Source: Octopus bimaculoides
Taxonomy: Eukaryota
NCBI RefSeq assembly: GCF_001194135.2
Contig: NC_068991.1
Coordinates: forward strand, 29,859,688-29,898,048
DNA: 38,361 nucleotides
Direction: 5' to 3'
Of the stretch, positions 13,083 to 25,659 are shown piece after piece. Below the pieces are notes generated by a model. The model was not told where the DNA came from and ran no database searches. It saw only the letters and a program-made list of their open reading frames with translations. Every line of letters starts with the position of its first letter. Position 1 is the first letter of the stretch. The position numbers and the translations under genes are program-made.

Positions 13083-14057
13083 AAACTGAGGTAAACATAA
13101 AAATAGTTGTTCTTGCCTAATTTGGGGGTGCTGATTTCAGATACAAAATCAGTTTTCACTCATCACCTCTAATTTTTGAGATATGATTTTGCGTCAATTC
13201 ATGTAACCATATATATGATCAATTTTTATTTTGTTTTCCAGATTTTTGTGGTACATATAACACATATCTCTACAATGGCTTCGGGCACTACAAAACACCG
13301 AGGATGCATCAACAAGGCAAATTCATTCTGTTACGTGTGTGGAGATTTCACGACAGTTGCACAGCACTGAACAAAATCTTCCCTCCTGAGAACTGCTTAC
13401 TTTCATTATTTTGACTGTAAAATTGGAGATCAAAACAGGAAGACCTGAATGACCTTGCCTGTTACTTGTATCTACCTAAGCAGCAGTCAGAGCTCCTGCC
13501 TAGCTGGCTTAAGCAGTGGAACGTGGTCAAGACAGATGTAAGGATCACCAGTTTCGGAATATGGAACCAGGACTTTGCTTCATTCTTCGACATGGAAAAC
13601 AGGTTGAACTACTGCACAAATGTCTCTGGCTTGTTCACCTTCCTTGGTTTCCCACAAAATCCTTCAGACTGGCGTCTTTTCATAGAATCTTCCAAGCGAA
13701 GTCTGAAGGATGTGTCCAAGTACTACAAGCAGGACTGGGGTCTAGGAACACTTTCGTGCATGGTGAAGACTGTGTCTAAGAAAATCCTCTGGATTTTCAT
13801 CTATTATAATGCTTCTTCCACCTCTTCATATCAAACTTGGTTTAATGAAGTATTTCGTGAAGGAACAAAAATTGCGCTGCCTTCCAAAGCTTGTTCCCTC
13901 TGTTCCCAGCTCTGAGTTCTGCTAAGATCGAGGAGAGCGTCTTCGTTGAACCTCTGATCTGGGAGGTGCTGAAGGATAAGGACTTTGAGAAGCTTCTTAC
14001 CTTAAAGGAACTGAGAGCATTTTAAGTCAAAATCCAAAATTGAAAGGTGTCATACAC
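13083..14057 (+). mobile_element. Chapaev3-like DNA transposon, internally deleted relic of a second subfamily
   Basis: N-terminal Cys motif CINKANSFCYVCGDF..YFDCKIGDQ, then QSELLPSWLKQWNVV, DWRLFIESSKRSLK and LLPPLHIKLGLMKYFVK in shifting frames. Subterminal GGGGTGCTGATTTCAG. Termini are approximate. Confidence 0.75.
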
Positions 14058-14089
14058 GAAACTTTTTGTCAATCATGTATACATACATA

Positions 14090-14149
14090 CATACTGATAG
14101 ACAGACATACAGACAGGCAGGCAACCAGGCAAACAGACAGACAGCTAGC

Positions 14150-14204
<55 letters not shown>

Positions 14205-14237
14205 NNNNNNNNNNGATGCATGACTATAGACACATAT

Positions 14238-14283
<46 letters not shown>
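14090..14283. repeat. (ACAG)n/(ATAG)n/(GA)n/(GT)n microsatellites with a 10-N gap
   Basis: Directly visible. Confidence 0.9.
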
Positions 14284-14286
<3 letters not shown>

Positions 14287-14449
14287 GATGTATTCTTCTA
14301 TGTATGTATATATTTACTTTCGTATGTATGTTTGCGTATATGTATGTATAAATTCAACCACAATTTTATTAAATAACATTTAGAATAATAAAACTTGTTC
14401 GCTGAATCTACCACTACTATCTATGAAGACACCATAGCCTACACTGTGC

Positions 14450-14505
14450 TGGGATGATCGCGGCTGGAACCACTTTGATCATAGTCCTATTTCCTCGATG
14501 GACTC
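14450..14505 (+). mobile_element. Family C retroposon fragment
   Basis: gggatgatcgcggctggaaccactttgatcatag aligns with 24715-24750. Confidence 0.4.
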
Positions 14506-15604
14506 ATTGTATAATATGTGACCTAATACTAAAACGTAAGAGCCAAAATAATTCCTTGCATCTTCTATTCAATAGATTCAGAAATCTATATTTGTCATTA
14601 TGAATTCCTGCAAGAATTTACGTCGAATATTTTCAAAGTCTATTAAGAGAATGTGAAGGTGGACATCTGAAACACATCAGTTATGTTTACTTTGCTAGGT
14701 TAAGCCTGTACCCAGTGCCAACATATATAAACTTACTTGATTCTGTGTAGGCGATGATGGCATCCATCTAGTTACAATAGCTCTGTCAGAGAGAGAGAGA
14801 GAAAGAGAGACAGAGAGAGAAAACTGACATTATAGGCAGCACACAACCATGCCATGTATATATATATATATATATATATATNNNNNNNNNNNNNNNNNNN
14901 NNNNNNNNNNNNNNNNNNNNNNNNNNNNNNNNNNNNNNNNNNNNNNNNNNNNNNNNNNNNNNNNNNNNNNNNNNNNNNNNNNNNNNNNNNNNNNNNNNNN
15001 NNNNNNNNNNNNNNNNNNNNNNNNNNNNNNNNNNNNNNNNNNNNNNNNNNNNNNNNNNNNNNNNNNNNNNNNNNNNNNNNNNNNNNNNNNNNNNNNNNNN
15101 NNNNNNNNNNNNNNNNNNNNNNNNNNNNNNNNNNNNNNNNNNNNNNNNNNNNNNNNNNNNNNNNNNNNNNNNNNNNNNNNNNNNNNNNNNNNNNNNNNNN
15201 NNNNNNNNNNNNNNNNNNNNNNNNNNNNNNNNNNNNNNNNNNNNNNNNNNNNNNNNNNNNNNNNNNNNNNNNNNNNNNNNNNNNNNNNNNNNNNNNNNNN
15301 NNNNNNNNNNNNNNNNNNNNNNNNNNNNNNNNNNNNNNNNNNNNNNNNNNNNNNNNNNNNNNNNNNNNNNNNNNNNNNNNNNNNNNNNNNNNNNNNNNNN
15401 NNNNNNNNNNNNNNNNNNNNNNNNNNNNNNNNNNNNNNNNNNNNNNNNNNNNNNNNNNNNNNNNNNNNNNNNNNNNNNNNNNNNNNNNNNNNNNNNNNNN
15501 NNNNNNNNNNNNNNNNNNNNNNNNNNNNNNNNNNNNNNNNNNNNNNNNNNNNNNNNNNNNNNNNNNNNNNNNNNNNNNNNNNNNNNNNNNNNNNNNNNNN
15601 NNNN

Positions 15605-16304
15605 AATTTATTCAATAAAATCTCCATTGGCTTCAACCACGGCTTCCAGACAACGGCGGAATCCCCTGCAACTCTTCTGGACGGTCTCCTTGTTGGTGAA
15701 TGCTGACATAATCCTTGCCTTCAGTTCATCTTTGGTGTTACGAAGAGTATTGTTGGTCTTCCGCTCAATTACGCCCTACACATAACAATGAAGGGGGTTG
15801 CAGTGTGGGGAGGTAGGTGGCCAGATGTTAGAGGTGATGTGGTCACAGAAATTGTCTGACAACTATTACTGGGATCTCCTGCTTCTGTGGCATGGTGCAG
15901 AGTCCTGTTGCCAGATATAGGTTCTTCCAGCAGCCATCCTCTTGACCCGGAGCAGCACCACCTCCTCCAGGCAATTGATGTAGGCCTCCATGTTGAGTCT
16001 TGATCACTCCAAACACCATGATGACTGGATGTTTGATTTTTATCACTCTTGGTACGTGTTTTGGGGACACGGCAAGCCAACGGTTGTTCTGTGTTCACCA
16101 TTTGTTCGTATTGGAGCTCCCGGCGCGAATGCCAAGCAGTACAGCATATCGTTTCCAGATATCTGGCGGAGTGAATTGCGTCATGGTGCTTTTTTTTCTC
16201 TCACAGACGGTGCCCAATCGATCCTATTATAGTCGAGTAAATCAAAAACAAACAATGCAGGAATTTAAAATATAACAAGGCGACAATTTACCCATCGCAC
16301 CCTG
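15605..16304 (-). mobile_element. Tc1/mariner (maT/DD37D-like) non-autonomous relic, copy 2
   Basis: Minus strand begins TA|CAGGGTGCGATGGG (TIR plus TA target at 16305-16306). Peptides NNRWLAVSPKHVPRVIKIKHPVIMVFGVI, YIWQQDSAPCHRSR and IWPPTSPHCNP. The other end is lost in gap 14882-15604. Confidence 0.88.
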
Positions 16305-17483
16305 TATATATGTACTTACTTACATCCATATGTATATATGCTTATATAAGTATATATACGTACATATATATGTAAGTATGAGGTGTGTATGTAAAGATAT
16401 ACGCACGTACACACTGTTGGGTCTAGCGACTACATGTCATTATCATATAATACGTAGCAGACATATATATANNNNNNNNNNNNNNNNNNNNNNNNNNNNN
16501 NNNNNNNNNNNNNNNNNNNNNNNNNNNNNNNNNNNNNNNNNNNNNNNNNNNNNNNNNNNNNNNNNNNNNNNNNNNNNNNNNNNNNNNNNNNNNNNNNNNN
16601 NNNNNNNNNNNNNNNNNNNNNNNNNNNNNNNNNNNNNNNNNNNNNNNNNNNNNNNNNNNNNNNNNNNNNNNNNNNNNNNNNNNNNNNNNNNNNNNNNNNN
16701 NNNNNNNNNNNNNNNNNNNNNNNNNNNNNNNNNNNNNNNNNNNNNNNNNNNNNNNNNNNNNNNNNNNNNNNNNNNNNNNNNNNNNNNNNNNNNNNNNNNN
16801 NNNNNNNNNNNNNNNNNNNNNNNNNNNNNNNNNNNNNNNNNNNNNNNNNNNNNNNNNNNNNNNNNNNNNNNNNNNNNNNNNNNNNNNNNNNNNNNNNNNN
16901 NNNNNNNNNNNNNNNNNNNNNNNNNNNNNNNNNNNNNNNNNNNNNNNNNNNNNNNNNNNNNNNNNNNNNNNNNNNNNNNNNNNNNNNNNNNNNNNNNNNN
17001 NNNNNNNNNNNNNNNNNNNNNNNNNNNNNNNNNNNNNNNNNNNNNNNNNNNNNNNNNNNNNNNNNNNNNNNNNNNNNNNNNNNNNNNNNNNNNNNNNNNN
17101 NNNNNNNNNNNNNNNNNNNNNNNNNNNNNACAGTACACCACCGCCCCACACATATATATGAATGATGAGATTGATGAGTGAAACGGAAGATGGAAGATAC
17201 GAGAATGTTTATTAATCACTGCAATTGTTTCGACCCGTCTAGCATAGATCCCTCACGGTTGGGATACTTAACAACTGGTTTAGGAGTATCCGTTGCTGTA
17301 GATGTGTCTTTAAGGTGATAATAAGATGTACCTCGTTAAAATAACGACTGTCCCGCGAGATATCTTCTCGGTTTGTGTATAGAAAAGCAGCAAATTACCT
17401 GTGGAGTACTCAAACAGTTATGTTGTTATTGAACGTGCGTAAAAGTCAGCCGATCAAAGAAGTAGAATTATAATAGTCTAAAC

Positions 17484-17732
17484 CAATGGTTCTTAACCGG
17501 GATCCATATGACCTTTGAAGGTCCTTATAAGACTTTGTTGTTTAAATTTAGGTGCATTAAACTGGTTATACATTTACAATACTCAAAATAGTTTAACAAT
17601 TTTTTTTATACAGTTACAAATAATATTTAATTATAAAAATATAATAGTTTTTTTTAACATGGGGGTCAAGTATAGTTAAATAGGAATTACAGGGATCCAT
17701 AAGCAAGAAAAAAAAACGGTTGAGAAACACTG
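17484..17732. mobile_element. hAT/Charlie-type MITE (249 bp)
   Basis: TIRs CAATGGTTCTTAACC and GGTTGAGAAACACTG. 8-bp flanks GTCTAAAC and GTCTAACA (6/8 identical) resemble the Charlie NTCTAGAN target. Confidence 0.8.
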
Positions 17733-17984
17733 GTCTAACACGACGCAAGATCGTGAAAGATTAATCGTTTAGTGTCTTTATGTATGCGTTTATGTGTATG
17801 TGTGTTTGTTTGTAAACTGAAAGATTTCTTTCAGTAATTCTTTAATAATGTGTAATACTATTATTTGTAAAAAGATTTACGCCTTGTTTAGCAAACATCT
17901 GGATGAAATAAACTTCAATAGAAGAGAAGAGGCTGGAGAAATTAAAATTTGAAATAGCTTGAATTCTTTCGTGGAAAATAATCA

Positions 17985-18071
17985 TATATATATATATATA
18001 TATATACAGAAGGAGAGAGAGAGAGAGATTGAGATAGATAGATAGATATCCATAATATATATATATATATA

Positions 18072-18128
<57 letters not shown>

Positions 18129-18240
18129 GCAATCATACATTCATGCATATACACATACATACGTACAAACATACATACATACATACATACATACATACAC
18201 ACGTATACACACACACATACATACATAAATATATTTATAT
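17985..18240. repeat. (TA)n/(GA)n/(TACA)n microsatellite mosaic
   Basis: Directly visible. Confidence 0.9.
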
Positions 18241-18764
18241 CAAAACATGTGAACGGATCATAAATGTATTTTTCTTGGTTTTACTCTTATTTCATCACCT
18301 TTCTTCTCTTCTTTCTCTTTCCATTTTTCATTTTTTCTAGAAAAACGTAATAAACTTGAATCATTCCATTTTCTCTTGAGCGTCATATGCATACACACAC
18401 ACACGTCCCCCCCCCACATACACATGTACAGCTAAGGACAATCAGCATGTTGTCATAATAGTACTCAGAGTTTCAAATGCCGGAGCTAAGAGCTACGATG
18501 CATTCTCATCGGCTATTAATGACAAAAGACGCTATAAAAAACCGTTGAATAAAATGGAAATTAGTCTAATTGGTAGGAAAAATATAAAAGATAAAAAATA
18601 CACGCAGCCATATTCTCATAATACATAGACATAGAACCTCCTGCGTTGATAACGTCTACATACGTACACACTTACACCAACATGTATATGTATATGCCCA
18701 TACACACACAAACATATATGTGCATGTACGTACACATATCTACATACATGCACGCACACGTGTA

Positions 18765-18806
<42 letters not shown>

Positions 18807-19191
18807 ATATATGTATATGCATATATGCACGCAACTTCATCCTCAATATACACATAGGTGTATGCCTGCATACACACATAGACATTTATACATATAAAAA
18901 TATACGTATATATGTATATATANNNNNNNNNNNNNNNNNNNNNNNNNNNNNNNNNNNNNNNNNNNNNNNNNNNNNNNNNNNNNNNNNNNNNNNNNNNNNN
19001 NNNNNNNNNNNNNNNNNNNNNNNNNNNNNNNNNNNNNNNNNNNNNNNNNNNNNNNNNNNNNNNNNNNNNNNNNNNNNNNNNNNNNNNNNNNNNNNNNNNN
19101 NNNNNNNNNNNNNNNNNNNNNNNNNNNNNNNNNNNNNNNNNNNNNNNNAAAAATGTTTTAAAAAAGCGGTGTTTTCATTTTTATTCATTTT

Positions 19192-19262
<71 letters not shown>

Positions 19263-19976
19263 GCCATATACATCCTCCTATCAAACACCTATAACCGCAG
19301 ATATACAAGCATATGCATATCCGTATAAAAGAAGGGGACGTGTATATGAAAGTCGCACTTATGCACTGCACACAGTCCTACACTCATATACACACATACA
19401 CGCGTACACATATATACACACGCCCACACATACACATTTCATATATACATGCATATATGTATATATATATATATATACTCACAGACGTACCCAATCACAC
19501 AATTAAAAAGGAAAAAATGAAAAATATATATATAAAACAACAAAAAATGTTAGGACATATGGAAAGCTTGTGCAGGAACATAGTAAAAATGCAGATTCTA
19601 TCCGTGATCTTGGGGGGAGGGGGGACAAAACCGTAACAGGTATCTTGCCATATGTGGATATGAACCAAAAAGTTCAGTTCTTGAATTAGACATGTAGCTG
19701 GGTCTAAGGAACTTTTCCAGATGAGTATGCCGTCATCGGAGAGAGAAAAGACAGAAAATATAGAAATGAAGATTAATCGCAATCGAGGTATACCTTTCAT
19801 TCTGATCGTTCCTTCATGTCTCTAGGAACTGGAATGTATTAATATCCTCAATTGTGGACTTTTCCCGATGGCATGAGACTTTTCTCGCTGGCATGCTTAG
19901 CTTCTCCAATCTTTATTTAATGTCATGATCTATACGCTTCACTATTATAGTTTTTATCATAACTACTCTAAACTAT

Positions 19977-20410
<434 letters not shown>

Positions 20411-20529
20411 TACTCTAAACTATGTTTATATTCTCTATTTAAATTAAATGTTTTTCGAGTGATGCCAAATGTTTTGCATCTTAGGAAGAGGGAAGATTAT
20501 CAGAAGGGGTTTGAGCAATTTAAAGATTA

Positions 20530-22430
20530 TTAACAGCTTACTACCAGAAGAACAGAAATGTTGTAGGAAGAAGGCTAGAGGAACGCATGATCTATTATAC
20601 ATAGACAAAGCAGTTAATAAATGAAGTAAAAACTAGAGAGAAAAATCTAACAATAGCATGGATAGATTTTAGGAAAGCCTATGATGTGATCCCACACTCA
20701 TGGAAAAGTGAATGTTTGGATATATCCAGTATAGCAGACAACATAAGAGAATTAATTAGGTGTAGCATGAAGAAATGGAAAATAGATCTCTGCTTAGGTC
20801 ACACACACTTAGGGACAGTTGATATCAAAAGAGGAATTTTCCAGGGGGAATCGTTGTCCCCTTTGATATTTGTATTATGTTTGATACCACTCAGTTACGT
20901 ATTAAGGAAGGCAAGAGCAGGGTATCAGTTCAGAAATAGCCGCGGAAAAGTTAACCATTTGCTCTACATAGATACGAAGCTTTTTAGTAAGAATGAAAAA
21001 TAGATAGATTCCTTAATAAAGATTGTAAGACTCTTCAGCAAAGATATAGGCATGGAATTTGGCATAGATAAGTGTGCAATATTAATCATGAGAAGGCGAC
21101 ACGTAGTCAACTGTGAAGGCAACCAGTTACCAGATGGTCAGACATTAAAATCATTGAAAGGAGGAGAGAGTTATAAGCATCTAGGAGTATTAGAATCTGA
21201 CAAGGTACTAACTACGGAAATGAAAACGAAAATTGAGAAGTACATAAGAAGGGTGAGGAAGATAATGAAGTCAAGGCTAAATTGTCCGTATCTAGTGAAG
21301 GCTGTCAATACTTGGGTAGTATCATTACTTCGATACTCAGCAACATTTGTAGATTGGACAAAAACTGAATTAGCAAAGCTAGACAGAAGAACTGTAAATG
21401 GAGGACTCCACCCAAGTGCAGGAGTGGCAAGATTATACTTACCTAGAAAGGAAGGCAGAAGAGGATTAATATCAGTAGAAAATTGCGTGAAGTTAGCTAG
21501 AGTAGATCTAGACTCCTATGTAGGCAACAGTGAAGAAAGTTTCTTAAAAGCTGCTAGAGTCAGAGCAAGACATAGGGAAACTAAACACCCAAACGAACAG
21601 AAATTATCTGACCATCAAAAGAAGGCGTTGCATGGTAGATTCCCAAGGATAGTTGCAACAAATAGTAGTAGTGAGACGTGGTTATAGTTGCAGATAGGAA
21701 AGCTGAAGAGTGAGACAAAAAGTTTTATATTAGCTGCAGAAGATCAAGCATTAAGGGCTAATTACATAAAAGTCAAGGTAGACAAAAACCAAGTAAATTC
21801 CCAGTGTAGATTATGCAAATCAAATAGTAAGTGAATGTAACAAGATGGCACAGAAAGAATACAAGAAAAGACATAACAACCTAGTGAGAATAATCCACTG
21901 GGAGCTATGTAGAAAGCTAGGATAAATGGTATGAACATGAACCTAGTAAAGTACTAGAAAGTAAGAAATACAGAATGTTGTGGGACTTCAACATTCAGAC
22001 TGACAGTAACAGAAGCTAGAAGGCCTGATTTAGTAGTCGTAAATAAAGAGAAGAGAAAGTGCCAGGTAATTAACTTTACAGTCCCAAATTATGAAAACAT
22101 TAATATGAGAAGTATAGATAAAATGGCAAAGTACCAGGACCTAGCTTTTGAATTAGAGAGACTATGGAAATTGCGGGTAAAATGTATCCCAGTAGTTATA
22201 GGTGCATTGGAATATATACCTAATGATCCGAACAGATGGATAAAAGAAATAAGCATGAAACCCAGTTTTGTACAGTTGCAGAAAACAATGTTATTAGGGA
22301 CAGCTAGGATACTTAGGAGGGTTCTTGGCATCTAAGGTTACTTGTAGCCCGATAGGAGGGTTCTTGACATCTTACGTTACTTGTTGTAGCCCGGTTTTAG
22401 AATCTTTTCCAACAGTCTAATCTTTTGAGT

Positions 22431-22431
<1 letters not shown>
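20530..22431 (+). mobile_element. R4/Dong-type LINE A: 5'-truncated, degraded RT and RLE, plus 3' UTR
   Basis: LLPEEQK.CR...RGTHDLLYID, AWIDFRKAYD.IPHSW, RGIFQGESLSPLIF, NHLLYID, GMEFGIDKCA, RLYLPRKEGRRGL, CRLCK, RRPDLVVVNK and KYQDLAFELERLW. Ends at the (TAT)n array. Confidence 0.92.

Positions 22432-22501
<70 letters not shown>
22432..22501. repeat. (TAT)n array shared as the tail of two opposed LINEs
   Basis: Directly visible between the 3' ends of LINE A (+) and LINE B (-). Confidence 0.95.
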
Positions 22502-23318
22502 GTTCAGTAGTTTTATTTTTATAACGTGCTTTCACTTCACTACCGAGCGCAGCTCTGTGCGCCTTGGGTATGTGCTGTGGTTTGCTGTGGTGCTCTTATG
22601 TTTACTGTATTGAAAGTGTTTTGCGTAGAATGTGTGCAGTACCCAGTAGTGCAATTTTCTGTATGTTATATATATTTGTAAGTTCTGGTATTTTTGTTAT
22701 GTATTTGTCTGNNNNNNNNNNNNNNNNNNNNNNNNNNNNNNNNNNNNNNNNNNNNNNNNNNNNNNNNNNNNNNNNNNNNNNNNNNNNNNNNNNNNNNNNN
22801 NNNNNNNNNNNNNNNNNNNNNNNNNNNNNNNNNNNNNNNNNNNNNNNNNNNNNNNNNNNNNNNNNNNNNNNNNNNNNNNNNNNNNNNNNNNNNNNNNNNN
22901 NNNNNNNNNNNNNNNNNNNCTGAATATTTTTTTATTATACCTATGATAGGAATTGTTTCTGTTTTTAGATTCCACATTCGAGTTATCTCTATTTCCAGGT
23001 CTTTGTATTTTGAAAGTTTTTCCATTTCTTTTAGAGAAACGTTGTCATCTGCTGGTATTGATACATCAATTAGAAAGCATTTTTTTTCTTCATGATCTTT
23101 GACAACTATATCTGGTCTATTTGCCTTAATTTCTCTATCTGTGTGTATTGGCATATCCCAGAGTATGGTTGCTTTCTCGTTTTCTGTGACCTTTTCTGGC
23201 GTGTGTTTATACCATCTTTTTTCTGTTGTTATTCCATAGTGTTGGCATAGCTTCCAGTGTATATAGGTCCCAGCTCTGTCGTGTCTGTTGGCATAGCTTC
23301 CAGTGTATATAGGTCCCA
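22502..23318 (-). mobile_element. R4/Dong-type LINE B, 3' fragment (gap 22712-22919 inside)
   Basis: RHDRAGTYIHWKLCQHYG...ILWDMPIHTDREIKANRPDIVVKD...KLSKYKDLEIEITRMW, and past the gap IQKIALLGTAHILRKTLSIQ*. 3' UTR ends in (AAT)n on its sense strand. Confidence 0.92.
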
Positions 23319-23422
23319 TTATTATAATTATTATTATTATCATTATTATTATCATTATTATTATCATTATCATTATTATTATTANNNNNNNNNNTTATTA
23401 TTATTATTATTATTATTATTAT

Positions 23423-24008
23423 GCCAAAGAAATAATACCAAAGAAATAAACAAGTGCATGGATTTACCAAAGAGATAGACATGAAATTCGGCTTAGAAAA
23501 ATGTGACTCAGCAACCTTGAAAAGAGGAAAACTAGTTAAGGGTAACAGTATCACGCTAGATAAAGCAAATGAAATAAGAGAATTAGATCAAAGCCAGATA
23601 TACAATATTTAGGAATGATTGAACTAAATACAGTACAACACATTCAAATGAAAGAGAAGATAAGAAAGGAATACTATAGACGAGTTAGATTAATACTTAA
23701 AACAGAGCTTAATGCGAAAAACAAGATAATAGGTATACACAATCTAGCCGTCCCAGTTATAAGTTACGGCTACAATATTCTTAGTTAGACTCTAAATGAT
23801 CTAGCGAAACTTGACAGGAAAACAAGAAAAATAGTATGAGAACTTAGGATACACCACCAAAAATCTGACATAAAAAAGTTATGTATAAAACGAATTAAAG
23901 ATGGTAGAAGCCTTATACAACTAGAAAACTATTATGAAATAAACACCGTGGAAATATAGAAATACCTAGTCCAGAAGCAAGGAAACTGATGCAAATAGCC
24001 ACAAAGCA
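23423..24008 (+). mobile_element. R4/Dong-type LINE C, internal RT-C-terminal fragment
   Basis: FTKEIDMKFGLEKC, MKEKIRKEYYRRVRLILKTELNAKNKI and LAKLDRKTRK in degraded frames. Confidence 0.85.
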
Positions 24009-24308
24009 AGTTTGTTGAAAGTGTGTGAATGTTGGAAGAATGGCCAGTGTGAAGGACCAATTCTGAGCGTGCACCTGTAAGCAAAAGGAGAAGGGCTCTT
24101 GCCCTATTATTCAGGCACCCGTGACTTTTGTGGGTTTTTTCACTAGGTCCTTAATGCACCTCCTCTATAGGGAGTGTTACATTGTTTAATTTTAAACGTT
24201 ATATTGTTTACACGTTGTAAAACCCATTGTATCGTACTGTTTTTGTCTTTTATGTTCTTGTATGTGTTTTAATGTAATTTTATGTAAGCCCTTGCGGTCA
24301 ATAAACGA

Positions 24309-24358
<50 letters not shown>
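24009..24358 (+). mobile_element. 3' end of a different non-LTR retroelement (possibly L1/Tx1-like) with (ATT)n tail
   Basis: Short degenerate coding remnant ending GPILSVHL*, a T-rich UTR, AATAAA at ~24300, then (ATT)n 24309-24358. Clade assignment is weak. Confidence 0.5.
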
Positions 24359-24359
<1 letters not shown>

Positions 24360-24429
24360 ATTAGTATTATTAGTGTTAAAAATTAAAGTTCTATTATATC
24401 AATTACCTTTGCCAATATAAGTATAAAGT

Positions 24430-24555
24430 GACATGATTGTTTGATCGACCTCAGTAGTTGACTAGTATATATTTTCTTCGTCCTAGAATCATGAAAGAAA
24501 AAACTAAAATTTTTGTACTTATTTTGTCAATGCTTTACCAATTCTGCCATCTGTT
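24430..24555 (-). mobile_element. Highly diverged SINE family A remnant
   Basis: atcgacctcagtagttgactagta...atgaaag and ccaattctgccatc resemble the family A core and head. Confidence 0.4.
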
Positions 24556-24599
24556 ACATTCCCGATCTTCTGACTCTTACGATTCACTGGAGGTGCCTC

Positions 24600-24790
24600 T
24601 ATCTACTTGTTCTGCCCACTAGAAATAGTAACCAAATATTGTTCTGATATCACATCATAACATCTCAAAAATGGAAGAACAAATTAGATAATTTATCTAC
24701 TAGTGAAGGATTGGTCGCGCATGGCTGGTCGTTTGATCATAGGTGTCCTCGAACTGGTCTGATCTGGGGTTAAATAACAACAATAATAAC
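24600..24790 (+). mobile_element. Family C retroposon 3' end with decayed (AAC)n tail (to ~24870)
   Basis: ctagaaatagtaaccaaat...catggctggtcgtttgatcataggt...tggggttaaataacaacaa. Confidence 0.65.
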
Positions 24791-25504
24791 CACAGCAAGA
24801 ACAAGGGCAACAGCAACTACACTAACAACAATAAAAAAGACAGCAACAAGAGCAACAACAACTACAACTAGCTGAAATAGTATAACAAGCAACAAATTAG
24901 TGTGGCATATTTTCAGGCTGGGTGGGACCTATAGCAGGGTTCGGGAGGAAATATAATTGATATGAGTAAAACTTAATTGTATTACGATGCAGAAAAACAA
25001 TGTCGAGACACAGAAGTGTATTAAATGATAAATGGTCGAAAATGTTCATATAGTAGCAAGACAACACTGTAGGTAATAGAAAATGAAATGTCTTTGGGTT
25101 GGGCGCGAAAAATAATGAAGAAATACAAACCAAACAAACAAAAAAACATTTGGTTCATAATTCCCAAACTTTTAGGTTTGGAAGGCGAAATGACAAAGGG
25201 TTATATGAAAAAACGCGTAAAATATTTACCAATTAGTAAATGATAGCAGCATGTTTCACCCCCTTACCAAACAATAAATAACATACAAAATCTGTGTTCT
25301 CTTCCTATGGTAAAGCTATCACAATATTCACAGTGAACTGTTCCTTGAGATTTTGTCACGCTTCAGTAGATTTAACTGCTTCATCGTATCATTCGCCATC
25401 GTGATATCGCTATTTCGGAAATGGTAACCACGTTGGTGGCATCTTACACTGAACTAATTTACTAAGCTCTTTTTACCGTTTTAGAAATGGATTTATAACT
25501 GGCT

Positions 25505-25624
25505 GGCGTGTGTAAGTGTGTGTGTTTGTGTGTATGTGTATGCGTGCGTGTGTGTGTGTGTGTGTGTGTTTGTGTGTATGTGTATGCGTGCGTGCGTGTG
25601 TGNNNNNNNNNNGTATGTGTATGC

Positions 25625-25659
<35 letters not shown>

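Noticed and set aside
17190-17250. ATTGTTTCGACC, reminiscent of a Penelope terminus
   Set aside because: No TCATCAG core or stem follows, so it is too short to call.
18446-18580. Stop-free segment resembling an exon
   Set aside because: No polypyrimidine tract and no recognisable peptide.
19721-19787. AG-GT-bounded segment MSMPSSEREKTENIEMKINRNR
   Set aside because: Too short, with no homology or partner exons, so consistent with chance.
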